Part shown: positions 24,691-38,194 of the stretch, one piece after another | How the letters are laid out: every line of letters begins with the position of its first letter | Position numbering within the stretch: position 1 is the stretch's first letter | DNA from: Octopus sinensis | Taxonomy: Eukaryota | Assembly: GCF_006345805.1 (NCBI RefSeq) | Contig: NC_043008.1 | Location: 13,578,001-13,642,000, forward strand | Direction: 5' to 3' | DNA length: 64,000 nt | Position numbers and translations under genes: made by a program | Notes under the pieces: model-generated | What the model saw: the letters and a program-made list of their open reading frames with translations, nothing else | Told to the model about the DNA's origin: nothing | Database searches by the model: none

Positions 24691-27440
24691 TAAAAATATA
24701 TTGTTCTGCGATAGTCTCTTAAGCTAAACGTGATCATTGAATATTTACAACATACGAACTCCGCACATAAAAGATACATGACCTGTGATGAACTCCCTCA
24801 ACACACGATACGTGGCGTCATTCTTAAACGCCAGAACCTGCATTGACCTCTGTGCCTAGACCAGTAATATTGGTTGTAATCGCGGGTCTATCACCTTTTT
24901 CGTAAATAAATGTCATATATTTATCATCATATTCAGAGAACCCAGAAAATACAATGACTCAAACGGAGTCGTCCTATGACGGTTATTATATTCTGCTATA
25001 AACTTAAATATAACTCTAGACATAAATTCATTGTATATATATCAATTATGCTAGCTATTATTTTATGTGGAAGTTGTCTAATATTTTTAGATAGCCTACA
25101 TCATTTAACTCTCATCAGACACAAGTTAGATCAAAGCGTTAGTCGTGACAGAGGTAATAAAGCTTCCATTCACCTCACATCTTTATTACAACGAACTCAG
25201 TTATGCGAAAGCCTCTCAATGATATTCGCAAAAGTTGATAAAAATGCAGACTTTACAGAATTTGCACATTTAGCGCCATTCCAGGTTTCAAGGAATAATT
25301 AATCCTAACTGCAATTCAGAAATATTATTACAGCCTGGATATTAACGAACTAAGCCTTCTATGTTCATTACCGTCTGTTGATTGAAAGCTATTTGTTGTT
25401 TGCAGAGGATCATGATATTGTAAGTAGTTGACTCTTATTCTGGTATGTTTGAAAATTTCCTAATGGACTTCTTTCATTGCTCGAATCACTTGAAATGATT
25501 ACATACCTTAAAACCAAATGTGTGTTTAGAGTGGAATCAAAAAATACATTGTTTTCATATTTGGCTTCCAATTGTGGCCTATGAGTAATTATGTGCTCAC
25601 ATCTGTAATATATTGATGAAAGTTTGTAAACAGAAAATATATTCTGCGGTAATCTAAAAGCTCAGCAGATCGAAAGATGAGCTTGGAAATAAAACCGTGG
25701 ATTCTTTTCGTCTCTAAACGAAAAAGCGAAAAAGAAAAAAAAAACAAAAACAATAAATGTGTGAGAAATTTACTAAAATGTCCCCTTGCTAACCAAATAT
25801 ACAACACTCCTCACACATATATATTTATATACGTGTGTGTATGTGCGTGTGAAAATGGACGTTTATCATTCAGTCATGGCACTAGGTGGATATATGAAGA
25901 TCAAAATTTAGTTTCTGGCGAGCAATGCTAGCATTCATCACTAATTTGGTTCTCGAACAAACTAAATACGTTTTTTTTTATAGTAATGGCAGTTCAGTCT
26001 TCAGTTACAGTTTGAGATAAAATAATTGATGTTTGCTTCTTCAAATCTTAGGTCAAAATACCTGAGATGACAAATAGGAGATTAAGGCAAGAGAATTGAT
26101 TTTGAACCAAAATACCTTTGTTAGTTTTTAAAAAAAACAAGCATAGATTAATTGGATTTAAAAGAATATGCTCATTGAGAAGTGTGATTAGGAGAAAGTC
26201 GCATTAAGATGTATTAGGAAAAAGTTATGTGGCTTAAGTGACAAAACAAAATTAGTAGTTAACCCTCCCCCTATCGATTTTCAATATTCCAGTTTTTGTT
26301 AAAGAGCTCTATACAATACATGTGATCAAATGAAAGGAATCTATGAGATGAATCTTACGGGGAAACCTCTCTCCTAGAAATAGTAGCTACAAAAAGAAGT
26401 GGTGTGGCTTTCAGTAACGGAGATAATGGTGATCAACATATTTTTGTAATTTTAAGATATTTAGCACTACAAAAGATAGCGTTAGAGGTAATTTGTCACT
26501 TTCTTCAATGGTGCTGCGCGCTTAGCCGATGTTTGCGAGGTTCGTTGTTCGATATTCTGTACCACAAAAGGTGGTACTCGATGTTATGGATCGCTTAGTT
26601 TAATGGTACAGCGCGCTTAACCGGAGTTTGCTAGGTTATATGTTAAGAAATGAAAATATTTTGCTATATCACTAAAAAGATAATAATATTCAAATGAAAG
26701 TCTTCAATCAGACATCGAAATATTTTTATGCCTTGTACATGTAGAAGATTTGTTTCTCTATAACAGTTATAGAGCAAACACTTTCTAAATGTATAAGGCA
26801 TAAATATATTCATAGTTTTTTGCGATTTCTTATTAATCTATATTAATTTGCTTTTGTATTAAGATATGTACATATCGAAAACATTAAACTTCTACAAAAA
26901 TCACTCACTAAAGACGCTAATTATTAATTAACGGTATTCTATAACAAAAGTTGTGTTAAAATGTATTTATTTGTTATAGATATACTGCCATTTATCCTTT
27001 GCTACGTTTATGTGTAAAATCAATTTGTAAGTGTGAATAAAATCTGCATTTAGATAGAACATTTTTTTCAATTATAAATATAAATAATTATCTTAATAGA
27101 AACGCTGCCTGGATAAAAATGGACAAAAGTGGAAAATGCGGGAGCAGAATCCTAGAATATTCTTAGGTGCTGAACGTAAACAATTTCAGATCAATCGGTA
27201 AATTAAGCTACGACAAGAAGAAAGTTCCCTACTTAAAAATATTCTACGATTCTTCGCCCTCATTTTTCATTCTAGATATATATTGTGTATGTATTTGTAT
27301 ACATACATACAAAAGTTATTTTATATCGTTATGGCAACAAAATAACTAACGGGTTTCCATGTGCTTGAATAGCTAGATATAGAAGAATCATGTCCCTCAA
27401 AAATAATCAATTTATATATACCTCCATTACACATATATGG

Positions 27441-27493
<53 letters not shown>

Positions 27494-29332
27494 CGTATGT
27501 ATGCATATATATGTATACGTATATATAAATATACAAGCCATTACATGGAGAGGCCATCATTGGTTTCGCGATTTAATGTTGTTGTATAAGACGTATTAGC
27601 CTGGAAACAACACTAGATGTCTATTTGTAAGAAATCTGCGGCAAATGATTTGGAACTGTCATATAGGGAGGGCAGTGGATACGATAAAGGAATAAACTAT
27701 TGCTGAGAATTTTTCGCAATGAACTTATATTATATGCATTGCTAGGCATTGTTTTCACTCTTGCATATAAAATAATTAGTTATAATTCATCGTAGTTGGG
27801 CATTTAATGCATCATGCATTGCATATTTTCTCAGTAACCGAATTTACCAAATTTTGAATTGGTCACAGTAACTTTGTAAATGTGATTATACTATAAAATA
27901 TATACTGTCCACAGTTAGACATTGTTTCCCCACGCAAGTATTTCCCGGAGAAATGAATGAATAGAGATCCATTCGTTATCTTTCATACATCTATAAAATA
28001 AATGAATTATGTAGCATACAAATGAGATCTAATTTCATCATACAAAATAAAAAAAAACAAAACAATTCGATGCATCTACCATTGTTGGAAACAGCGACTA
28101 CAGTAAGTGTATTTGCCACGCTTGCTAACATTGCTCAACCTCCATTTAAGACCGTCGTCCTGTGACCATCCCATGAATCTCAAATTCATCTAATTTCACA
28201 GGATTTAAGGTACTTACATTTAAATGTCGTCCTAGAACACAGGCACACACACACACACACACACATACACAAGCATTTATATATGAATGCACACATATTT
28301 AAACAGAATATGGGAGTGTAGTTCACTGTTGATCTGAATGCGTACACAAATACGTAACTACGTACATACTTACAGTTGCACTCCCTTTTTATTGGAGAAA
28401 TACGTAAAATGAAACATCCCTTTTCATCCGAGGATTACGTAAAATGAAACATTTACTGTTCTACACACGAAAATACGTATATCAACATATGTAACATTAT
28501 GATAACAATTGCAGGTTTCCATCCAAGTCGGTTATGATCATATTGTAAGTGTAAATTGCCAGAGGATATCTTGGAATTGACATTTGCTATGAATGTGTAG
28601 TGCAGATGTGGAAAAATGATTTTCTCGTTTCTAATGAAGGCAATAAAAGAGAATGAATCAAAAGATGACTCTACGGAGAATAAGGAAAGTAGAAATAAAA
28701 TTTCAGTGAAATCGCGAAAAAAATTCAGTATAAGTCCCTTTGTGGAAAGCCTGAATAAAGATAGGATTCTATTTCTGTAGAGCAGTAATCTTAAATATAT
28801 GCTATTATTGACATCGACATCTTACTCCGCCATCGGTTCCCCAGCATGTTAATGCATTCCATTCTGCTACTCTTTTCTTTCGTATTCCTACTCCTGATAA
28901 TCTTGCATGAACAACAGAATTTCCATATACTTATTTATATCTTTAATTGTTAGTTGCCTTGCTCGGTTTCTTCTTTTTCATCTCTTTCTTCGTCTTCCCT
29001 TTTTTGTTCATCACTTCATCATCATCATCATTATCATCACCAATAAAAATGTCATTGTCATCATCAGAAGCAGTAACTTCTACTTCATCGTTTTGTTCTT
29101 CATCTTCGTCTCCGCCACTCCTCCGTTCCTTCTTGTTCTTTCTTCATACGCTTTCATATTTCGCAATATGAATAGAATCACGTTCGATAGAATTATTTTT
29201 TTAAAATCGGAATTAATATTTCAGAACATGCATTCCTTAGTTTTATACACTGGCGTGTCATCATTTTAAGGGTTAGTTCATCGTTATCATACCCATCGCT
29301 ATTACGACTGCCATCACCTCAGCACTGTTTAA

Positions 29333-29822
29333 AATTGGGTTGTCCAGAAAGTTCATGCCGATTTATGGAAGCTTACATTTCGACTTATTTTAGAACATGT
29401 TTGAGTCCATAAAACAGGATTTGACAACACCTCCATTTAGAGCACAGTTTAAGCTATCTTTTCATGGAAGAAGGTTTATGTTCCTATAACCTGTGTTAAT
29501 TCTGTAACCCTTTTCGGCGCTTGAAGCTTTTCTTTTTCCGTAAAGGAAAAAAGGAAAAAATGCCACACAAGCAACCAAAGAAATATGCGCAGTTTACGGT
29601 GATGTTTCTTTATCCGAAAGAACTGTACGGAAATGGTTCGCAAGATTCCGAGCTGGAGATTGTAGCCTTATTGATAAAGAGCGATCAAGCAGACCATCCA
29701 CTACAGATGGTGACTAAATCAAGTCATTAATTGAGAATAACCCACATTGCACAACCCGAGAGTTGGCAGAAAGCCTCAACCTATCAAGATCCGTTGTTCA
29801 TGAGCACCTGGTAAAGCTTGGG
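29333..29822 (+). mobile_element. Mariner 5' fragment (TIR, leader, HTH region of the transposase pseudogene)
   Basis: ATTGGGTTGTCCAGAAAGTTCATGCCGATTT TIR; leader is reverse-complementary to 22016-22140; translation KNATQATKEICAVYGDVSLSERTVRKWFARFRAGDCSLIDKERSSRPS...TTRELAESLNLSRSVVHEHLVKLG; ATG deleted. Confidence 0.93.
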
Positions 29823-29847
29823 TAGTGGCAAGTATTTATTCACCCTT

Positions 29848-29962
29848 TTCTGAGTTCAAATTAAACTGTGTCGTCTTTGCCTTTCATCCTTTCCGGACCC
29901 ATTAAATAAATATCAGTTAGGTGCTGGGTAGATGTAATTTCAGGCCTTGTGTCTATAGTGGA

Positions 29963-29965
<3 letters not shown>
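29848..29965 (+). mobile_element. Degraded A'-type SINE fragment
   Basis: TTCTGAGTTCAAATT...TTTGCCTTTCATCCTTTC...GGCCTTGTGTC. Confidence 0.7.
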
Positions 29966-30005
<40 letters not shown>

Positions 30006-30611
30006 GAATGAGAGATCAGCGCATGCCATCAAATTGATACATATTTCTTTATTACCCACAAGGGGCTAAACATAGAGGGGACAAACAAGGACAGACATAA
30101 GTATTAAGTCGATTACATCGACCCCAGTGCATAACTGGTACTTTATTTATCGACCCCGAAAGGATGAAAGGCAAAGTCGACCTCGGCGGAATTTGAGCTC
30201 ACAACGAAACGACAGACGAAATACGGCTACGCATTTCGCCCGGCGTGCTAACGTTTCCACCAGCTCAATATACGAAGCCCAGTATACCCATCATGACTAC
30301 CTGTCTGATACGGGTACACCAGGTACATGTATCACAACCACTTGTGAGCATATCAACATAAGCAGCGCATGACCTTGCAAGTGTGGCCCAGTTAGAGTTT
30401 TCTTCAGGTTCGTGTAGCCCATTTCACTCAAGAGGTCTCTGAATAAGGTTTGTTTCAAGGATGATGAATAAAACACCCATATTTCCAGAGGTAAATTATT
30501 CAAGCCCTAAAGAATTCATCTCAACACATGTCTCTGATACTCCCCCACTACTCCCGCTCGTAATCAGAAATGCACATATCGTCAGTCACTAAGGGATGTC
30601 CAGCAAACTGG
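29966..30611 (-). mobile_element. Family D element with (AAT)n tail, interrupted by family A
   Basis: Homologous to 10193-10463; D sequence is split at GCCATCAAA | AATATACGAAGCCCAG by the A copy. Confidence 0.82.
30042..30266 (-). mobile_element. SINE family A nested in family D
   Basis: TATTTCTTTATTACCCACAAGGGGCTAAAC...CGGCGTGCTAACGTTTCCACCAGCTC; no TSD visible. Confidence 0.92.
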
Positions 30612-30999
30612 ACTCTTCTACCTTTCACAAGAGATGATACAGGTGGTTATTTCCCATATATTTGTACTTTGGTTGGATGACGCTTCCAGGCATTGAGATC
30701 CACTGCTTGGTACTGACTTGTTAATAAACAAGGATACAAATTAGTGCCGCCAATTGTTAGAAATAATAGTATAAAATGAGCTTGAATAGCCGCGCAAAGT
30801 ACCAACTTCGTGAATTGACGGAAAGCGAGTAATCGAACTGAAGCAATATTCCACGGTGAGATAAATTCAAAAATGAAGTAAACAGACATATCCTCGTGAA
30901 CTGATTTCGAACTTGAATCATCATATAGGCATATATACATTTATGTTAATATATACACTATATATATATTAATATATATATATTAATATATATATATTA

Positions 31000-31058
<59 letters not shown>

Positions 31059-32209
31059 TTCAGTAAAATTTAGATTCATTTGAATATGCTACTTAAGTTA
31101 AAGTTTCATCTATATGCAGATGAATCCTTTGAATTTGTCTAGATTCTATATTTTTGTGCAGCTGGGGATTGCTTTGTATTTTAAAACTGATGTAATGTTT
31201 GCATTGTTCAGTTAAATGGAGTCGGATGAAGCGATCGGGCAGCGTTACCTTTGGATATCCTTGTTGCTTATTTTGCTTTGATATGTATATGTGTGTGTAT
31301 GTATGTGTGTGTGTGTATGCGTGTATATGTGCGTGTATCTGTGTGTGTGTTTGTGTGTGTGTGGAAAAAACTAATGCGTCGATAATTGGTCAATGAGATT
31401 TATTTTCGAATGTACCAAGTTCTGTTTAACTATTATAATTTACATCATCTTTAAATTCTGCGATATAATATTTATGACTCCATTTTATATTTCGGGTTTC
31501 AATATGTAAGATATAATGCATACGAGAAGGCTAATTATCGGAGAGGCGTTAATCTTTCGGTGATATTGTGGTTAAAAGATTCAAATATCTTCATTTCTAA
31601 TGCAAGTTGTGCATTCCTGAATGCCCTAGTGACATCTCTACAAGTTTTGTACTCGATAAATGAGTCTTTGTTAGCAAGTTGTGCTACTTATTTGTTTTGC
31701 TAGAGGACAAGCGTTCGTTTGACATTGGCCATTGTTGTAAGAATTCCTTTCAGGATAACTTTGAATTGGAAAAATTGTATACGAACGAATGACAAAGTAA
31801 TAAACCTGACGAAATTTGAATGAACGTTATTGTTAATGAACATAAATTTACGTTAGAGAATTGCAGGCAAAACGGCAATAAGTGAAAGCAAATTACATCG
31901 CATTATCTATACAATGTAAAGAAATAACTGTTTACGATTTTTGCGGTTATTTGTTTAAATACGGAATACGAATAATATACGTCAACGTTTAGAATCATGA
32001 TTCGTAAATGTTGTTCAAATTACGGCCTTAGAAATATAGACAATAATCTAGGGACTTATAGAATGAGAAAGCGCGGAAGAGTGAGAAAAATAGGTAAAAT
32101 GAGGTAAAATATATTTCAAGGAATGATAAGATACACTTTTGATATCAACATTTGACAAACGTGTAAGGCCCAATAGCTCTATGTTATATGAGATCTATAT
32201 TACACATGC

Positions 32210-32256
32210 ACACCAGCATACATATGTAAATATATACACAAATATCCATATATATG

Positions 32257-32294
<38 letters not shown>

Positions 32295-32432
32295 CACACA
32301 AACATCTATGCATATATATATATATATACATACATACATATATATATATACATACATACATATATATATATATATACACATATATGTCTGTATGTCTGTA
32401 TGTACACAAACATATAGATATATATATATATA

Positions 32433-32480
<48 letters not shown>

Positions 32481-32532
32481 AGAGAGAGAGATGTTTGTAT
32501 GTATATATATATATACACACAAACATCTATGC

Positions 32533-32565
<33 letters not shown>

Positions 32566-32591
32566 CACACAAACATCTATGCATATATATA

Positions 32592-32628
<37 letters not shown>

Positions 32629-32735
32629 AACATCTATGCATATATATATATATATATACACACAAACATCTATGCATATATATATATATATATATACACA
32701 TATATGTCTGTATGTCTGTATGTACACAAACATAT

Positions 32736-32802
<67 letters not shown>

Positions 32803-32838
32803 ATACATATATATATATATACACACAAACATCTATGC

Positions 32839-32901
<63 letters not shown>

Positions 32902-32965
32902 AGAAGAGAGAGAGATGTTTGTATGTATATATATATCTATATGTTTGTGTAAATACAGACATATA

Positions 32966-33000
<35 letters not shown>
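32210..33000. repeat. TA/CA/GA compound microsatellite with higher-order repeats
   Basis: Recurring ACACACAAACATCTATGCATATA unit, plus a twice-repeated block ending in (GA)n-GATGTTTGTATG. Confidence 0.92.
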
Positions 33001-33005
<5 letters not shown>

Positions 33006-33354
33006 ATATTCAACGGGGTTTTTTCATAAACGAATGGGAGGCAGGTTATCTTTTTTGACCCTGAGTAATTGTGGAAACGACTGACGAGAAACATGATCTT
33101 ATTGATCAAATTTAGAATTCACGTTAAAAGGTTTTATCAAAGTACTTCGTTCTGGGAGTGTATCTCGCCAAAGAAAGACGTTGTGGCTTGCTGTTTGCCG
33201 TTCCGACTACTTCATGAGGTTAGCGCTTTTATGCGGCTGCTCAAGTTTAATTTTGGCTCACATTTTGGCTCACATTTATTAATTTTACCTGTTTGCTTTT
33301 AACTGCTATAGACACCTTTATTGTAATACATCTTAATATTTTATTATATCTTAT

Positions 33355-33845
33355 TGTAAATATATATATATACATATATATATATATACATACATACATA
33401 TATATATATATAAACATAAAATATTATTAGAGACAAAACCACTATTCATATATATAAACATATATATAAACATATATATAAACACTATATATATAAACAT
33501 ATATATATATATACATACATACATACATATGTATGTATATATATATATACATACATATATATATATACATATACATATATACACATATATATATGCACAT
33601 ATATATATTCACACATATATATACACATATATATACACACACACACATATATATACACACACACGCACATATATATATATATATATATATAAATACATAT
33701 ATATACACACACACACATATATACATATATACATACACACATATATATATAGATATGTGTATATATATATATTTATTTATATATATATAAGTGTGTACCT
33801 ATGCATTTGTGTGTGTGTGTGAGTGCGTGTGTTTGCATGCGTGAG
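33355..33845. repeat. TA/CA/TG compound microsatellite
   Basis: Directly visible. Confidence 0.95.
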
Positions 33846-34427
33846 TGAGTCAGTAGCTTCCTTTTCTTGATGTAAACAAAAGTGACTCAGTTATATCAAG
33901 TGGACAAAAAAACTGATGTCCTCGTGTCATAAATTCAGCTTTTACTCTGATGAATACGACACACACCAGTACACTCTAAATGGTTGTTGGCTGAAGCTTT
34001 TGACGAGAATAAAAGTTCTATAGGGGAAGTGACTCTGACACCAAACATAGAGGAGTGCACGTGAACTTCCGACGCAGAAGGACGAATCTAATCAAATATT
34101 TGTAGTTGTGAAATTGCCCGCCTTGAGCACAAGAATGATAATTATATTTTTCCCTTCGACACTCTATGAGAACTGATTTCCAAGCTGCGATTAAATCTAT
34201 CCGATCTTGTTTTGAAGTGAACGCCGAAAGTTTTAATTTAATGTCCAAAACTGTTTGAAGAAAACAATTACTTGTTTGCGTTGCGATATAAAAGGGAATT
34301 ATTACTGATAGACATACATATATGGAGGAGGCTCTTATAGCCATAAATATATGCATCTAGACACATATGTTAGCATATATATATATATATATATATATAT
34401 ACCAACGGTTTTGTTGGGCAGTACCGG

Positions 34428-34447
34428 TTTTTATAATTCTGTCAATG

Positions 34448-34492
<45 letters not shown>

Positions 34493-35125
34493 TTTTATAA
34501 GCTTAAAGCTTGTAGCGATCACTGCGCAATGACTAAAGAAAATAGTCTAATAATAGGGCATATAAGCACTCGAGAGAGAAATAAGGAAACTTTTCACAAA
34601 CACTTAGGTCTCGAATTCAGATCTCTCTTAACACAACTGAGTCTGCTACCGATTACACTAACGAACCTACCTGTTAGTTTCTATGTTTAAGAACTACAAT
34701 TAAGAACTATAATTAGTTCGTAGTTCTTTTTGCAAACATACTTTCATGTGCTTTTTTACTGCGAATGATTGTGTTAAGCAGTGCTGATTTTAACAATTCT
34801 GTCAATAATAAAAATAGTATTTTATAAGCTTAAAATTTATAGCGGCCACCGCGCAATGACTAAAGAAAATGGCCTAATAATGGGGAATATAAACCTTCGA
34901 CAGATGAAAATATGTCTTCCCGTACGCGTGGGAATCGAACACACAATCCTCTATTTTCGCAACTGAGTGCCCAACCAGATACCAATTATGGTTCTTAAAT
35001 CTGGCAGCAAAAGTTGGGTAGGTTCGCAAGTGCAATTTTTCTGTGGAGGGCTTATATGTCTCATTATTTGTATAATTTGCTTATTTATTCCGCTGTGATC
35101 GCTATATGCTTTAAGCTTATAAAAT
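34428..35125. mobile_element. Two adjacent copies of an old repeat with tRNA-like boxes; the second forms a fold-back
   Basis: A ~95-bp arm ATTTTATAAGCTTAAA...TAGCG...CAC.GCG.AAT occurs at about 34492 (+), 34819 (+) and 35125 (-). The minus strand has a B-box-like GTTCGATTCCC at about 34930-34940. Confidence 0.65.
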
Positions 35126-36199
35126 TCTATAACTTAAATATGTAGTTGAATAATAAAAAGAGATCTTCGTACATTATAATATATTTGAAAAAAATGAGTA
35201 GAGATGACATTTTGGGGTGGGTAATTTTTACTTTACTGGTAATGTTTACAGTTACTCTAATGAGTTTCGAGCTTTTCGATAGCGGCTTTCAAACTGAAAT
35301 TCTGTAGTTTAGAAGTTTGTTTATATAGGAAAAGATTTTTCTCTCACAAGTATACGTATAAAAATGAAAAATAGAAAATAAAAAATAAATATAAAAACTA
35401 ATAGAAAGGTAATAAAAAACACAAAACGTAATACAACAGCATGTGGGAAAAAGAAGAAGAAAGAAGAAAAGAAGAAAAAAGTAAAATAGAAATAGGAGGA
35501 AGTTAAGAAGATAAAAAACGTAGTTGAAAATGTTAGTGAGAAGAGATTAGTCTATCAGGAATAAAGAAATGGAATAATTTTAAGAGAGTGGTCAGAAATG
35601 TTGTTGAGTTCTTCTCAAAAGACGATACATAAAATGTGTACTTACCTTCCACCGTTTTCTTTTTCCTTTCGTCCTTTTTCTTTTTTTGCCTCTTTCTTCT
35701 TTTTTCGCACATTCTGTTATATTTATTGTTTGCATTATTTGAAATCTAATCAAATACCATCGTTGGAATGGGATAAAAGAACCTGTGGAAGACCCAAAGG
35801 AAGCAGACTTTTAGCGAAAATAATAACAGAAACAAAATTTTACTGCCATACAAAGCTCAGTTTCTCCTAAGCACGAAGTCTCGGGGAAACATGTGTGAAA
35901 CACACACGCGAAATCAAAATCAGAAAGTTTACAAATTATAAAATATAAATGGAACAAAACAGTAATTACATAAATTGATTCATTACGCATAAACTCGAAT
36001 GTCAGCATAATCGTATATAAAATTTGATATCCATAGAACTACACATACTTCCCAATGTTTGCACAACTACGTTAAATTTACAGGACTCACATACACGCAT
36101 ATGAAAACACGTGGAACAAACAAAGCAAGGAAAAATAAAATAAAAATACATTTTTATTTTTCGAAATGACACAGAGTGAACAATTCATAACTTTAAAAG

Positions 36200-37845
36200 C
36201 ACCACAAAAATTGCGCAATTCCTTAATGACATCAGGATGTAATTTGGCGTCGATAAATGAACAAAAGCCACCTTTATCAAAGGTAAAAGGACAGAAATAT
36301 CTATTGTTAATCGTGACCGGCAGAATCTCATAAAAGAGTTAGAACCAGCGGAGGGCTACAAATAACTAGGGGTATTGGAAAGAGAGGGAGTCAAACATTC
36401 AGTGATGAGGAAATGTATCGGAAGAGAATGTTATCGCAGCTTAAGAGCAATACTCAAGACAGAGCTGAATGCAAGAAATAGGATCGAAGCGATCAATACT
36501 TTAGCCATACCAGCCGTGACTTACTATTTCAATATCATTAAGTGGTCAGTTACTGAAATATGTATTCTTGACAGAAAAATAAAATAATTGTTGAAAAGGC
36601 ATATAATGAACCACCCCCATATGGCAGATATAGAACGATTTTGCCAAGAACAGAGGGTCGCCGTGAAAAGTTACAACGAAGGCTGCTACAATTGCCCTAG
36701 ACACCTACCTAAAAATGCTGATAACTGGATGTTAAATAGTCTCAAAGCATGAAAACAAGAAGACATCGTACTCGATAACAAAACTGGCAAAAGAATACCT
36801 AAGTGAATTTCAAACACAACAAATTCCAGAATAAGTCGTATTAGAAACAAACACAGAAAAAGCTAAGCGTATGAAAACCCGTGCTAAAACTGCTACCTTA
36901 CATATTCTTACTGATAAATGGCAGTAAAGAGCTCCCAATTGTAAATACCCAAAGAGAACTAATAGTGTCACCAATGGCTAGTGTCTTCTGGCTTAAAATC
37001 AGAAACAGAAGGGTTTATCAATGCAGCCCCAATTCAATGCCTAACTACAAGGAACTAACAGACCAACACATTAAAAAACGTAGTAGCCCAACATGTCGTG
37101 TATGTTAACAACAAAATAAAACCATTGATCATGTTGTGTCTATGTGCAGTCTACTTGTGCCTAGAGATTATCTCAGTAGGCATGATAGAGCAGCACAATA
37201 TATTCACTGGGTAATTTGCACATACCTGGACCTGCCCCATGATAAAAAGTGGTGGGAACACAAACCATCTCCAAAGCTTAAAAACGATCACACCTCACTC
37301 CTCTGGTACTTCACCATTCAAACTAACGGAAAGACAGATGGGAATAGGGCAGACATTATATTCAAACCCTTCAGCTCAAAATCGTGCCTCCTCATTGATA
37401 TGACTGTTACAATTGTCATAAATGTATCTGTGAAGACCTGCCAAAAGCTGAACAAGTATAAATATCTTGAAATAGACATTCGTAAAATGTGGAACCTCAA
37501 GACTAAAACAACACCTTCTGTCATAAGTGCCGTAGGAATGATAGGAAAAGGGGCTAAAATGCTACCTAGCTCAGATACCAGGAAACCTCAAAATGTCAGA
37601 AATTCAGAAGATAGTGCTCATTGGAACTGCCCATATCCTACGTAAATTACTATCTGTGTAATCTCAAATTTTATAACAAACTCATATGTTTCTTGTTTTC
37701 TTAATCATACCATAGAACAATAGAATGTACAAAACCAAAATATACGACACGCTAGGCAAAACACCAACTTGAACTTCTAACTTATTGTCTCTTGACGTCT
37801 ATGGGAGAGACTTGCAGCCAACTTGTACAAATACAAAGCAAGAAG
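36200..37845 (+). mobile_element. 5'-truncated R4/Dong-clade (RLE) LINE: RT C-terminus, CCHC zinc knuckle, restriction-like endonuclease, 3' UTR
   Basis: EGYK*LGVLE, LRAILKTELNARNRIEAINTLAIP, LKSETEGF, CRVC...DHVVSMC, RHDRAAQYIHW, LLWYFTIQT...NRADII...LLIDM...KYKYLE, TAHILRKLLSV* (stop 37659-37661); multiple stops and frameshifts. Confidence 0.93.
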
Positions 37846-37884
37846 AATTTTAGCTTTTGATACCATGCGAGCAAATTCAGAGAT

Positions 37885-38038
37885 TACGTTGACCCCAAAA
37901 TGCAGCTGGTATTTAATCTGTCGACCCGTGAAGGAACAAGTCTGAAGTCGACCTTAACGCTATTCACAATGACCGGACGAAATGCCACTACGCATTTTTG
38001 TCCGGCGTACAAAAGGTTTTGCCACTTCACCACCTTAA
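37885..38038 (-). mobile_element. Highly degraded A-related SINE
   Basis: GACCCCA...CTGGTATTTAAT...GTCGACCC...AAGTCGACCT...GACGAAATGCC...CCACCTT. Confidence 0.6.
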
Positions 38039-38059
38039 CAACAACAACAACAACAACAA

Positions 38060-38111
<52 letters not shown>

Positions 38112-38194
38112 TCTTTCTACTATTGGCATAAGCCTCCTTTCGATTAGGTAGACTCTTATGCGCAACTTAATTTATCGAACCAGAAAGGATGAAA

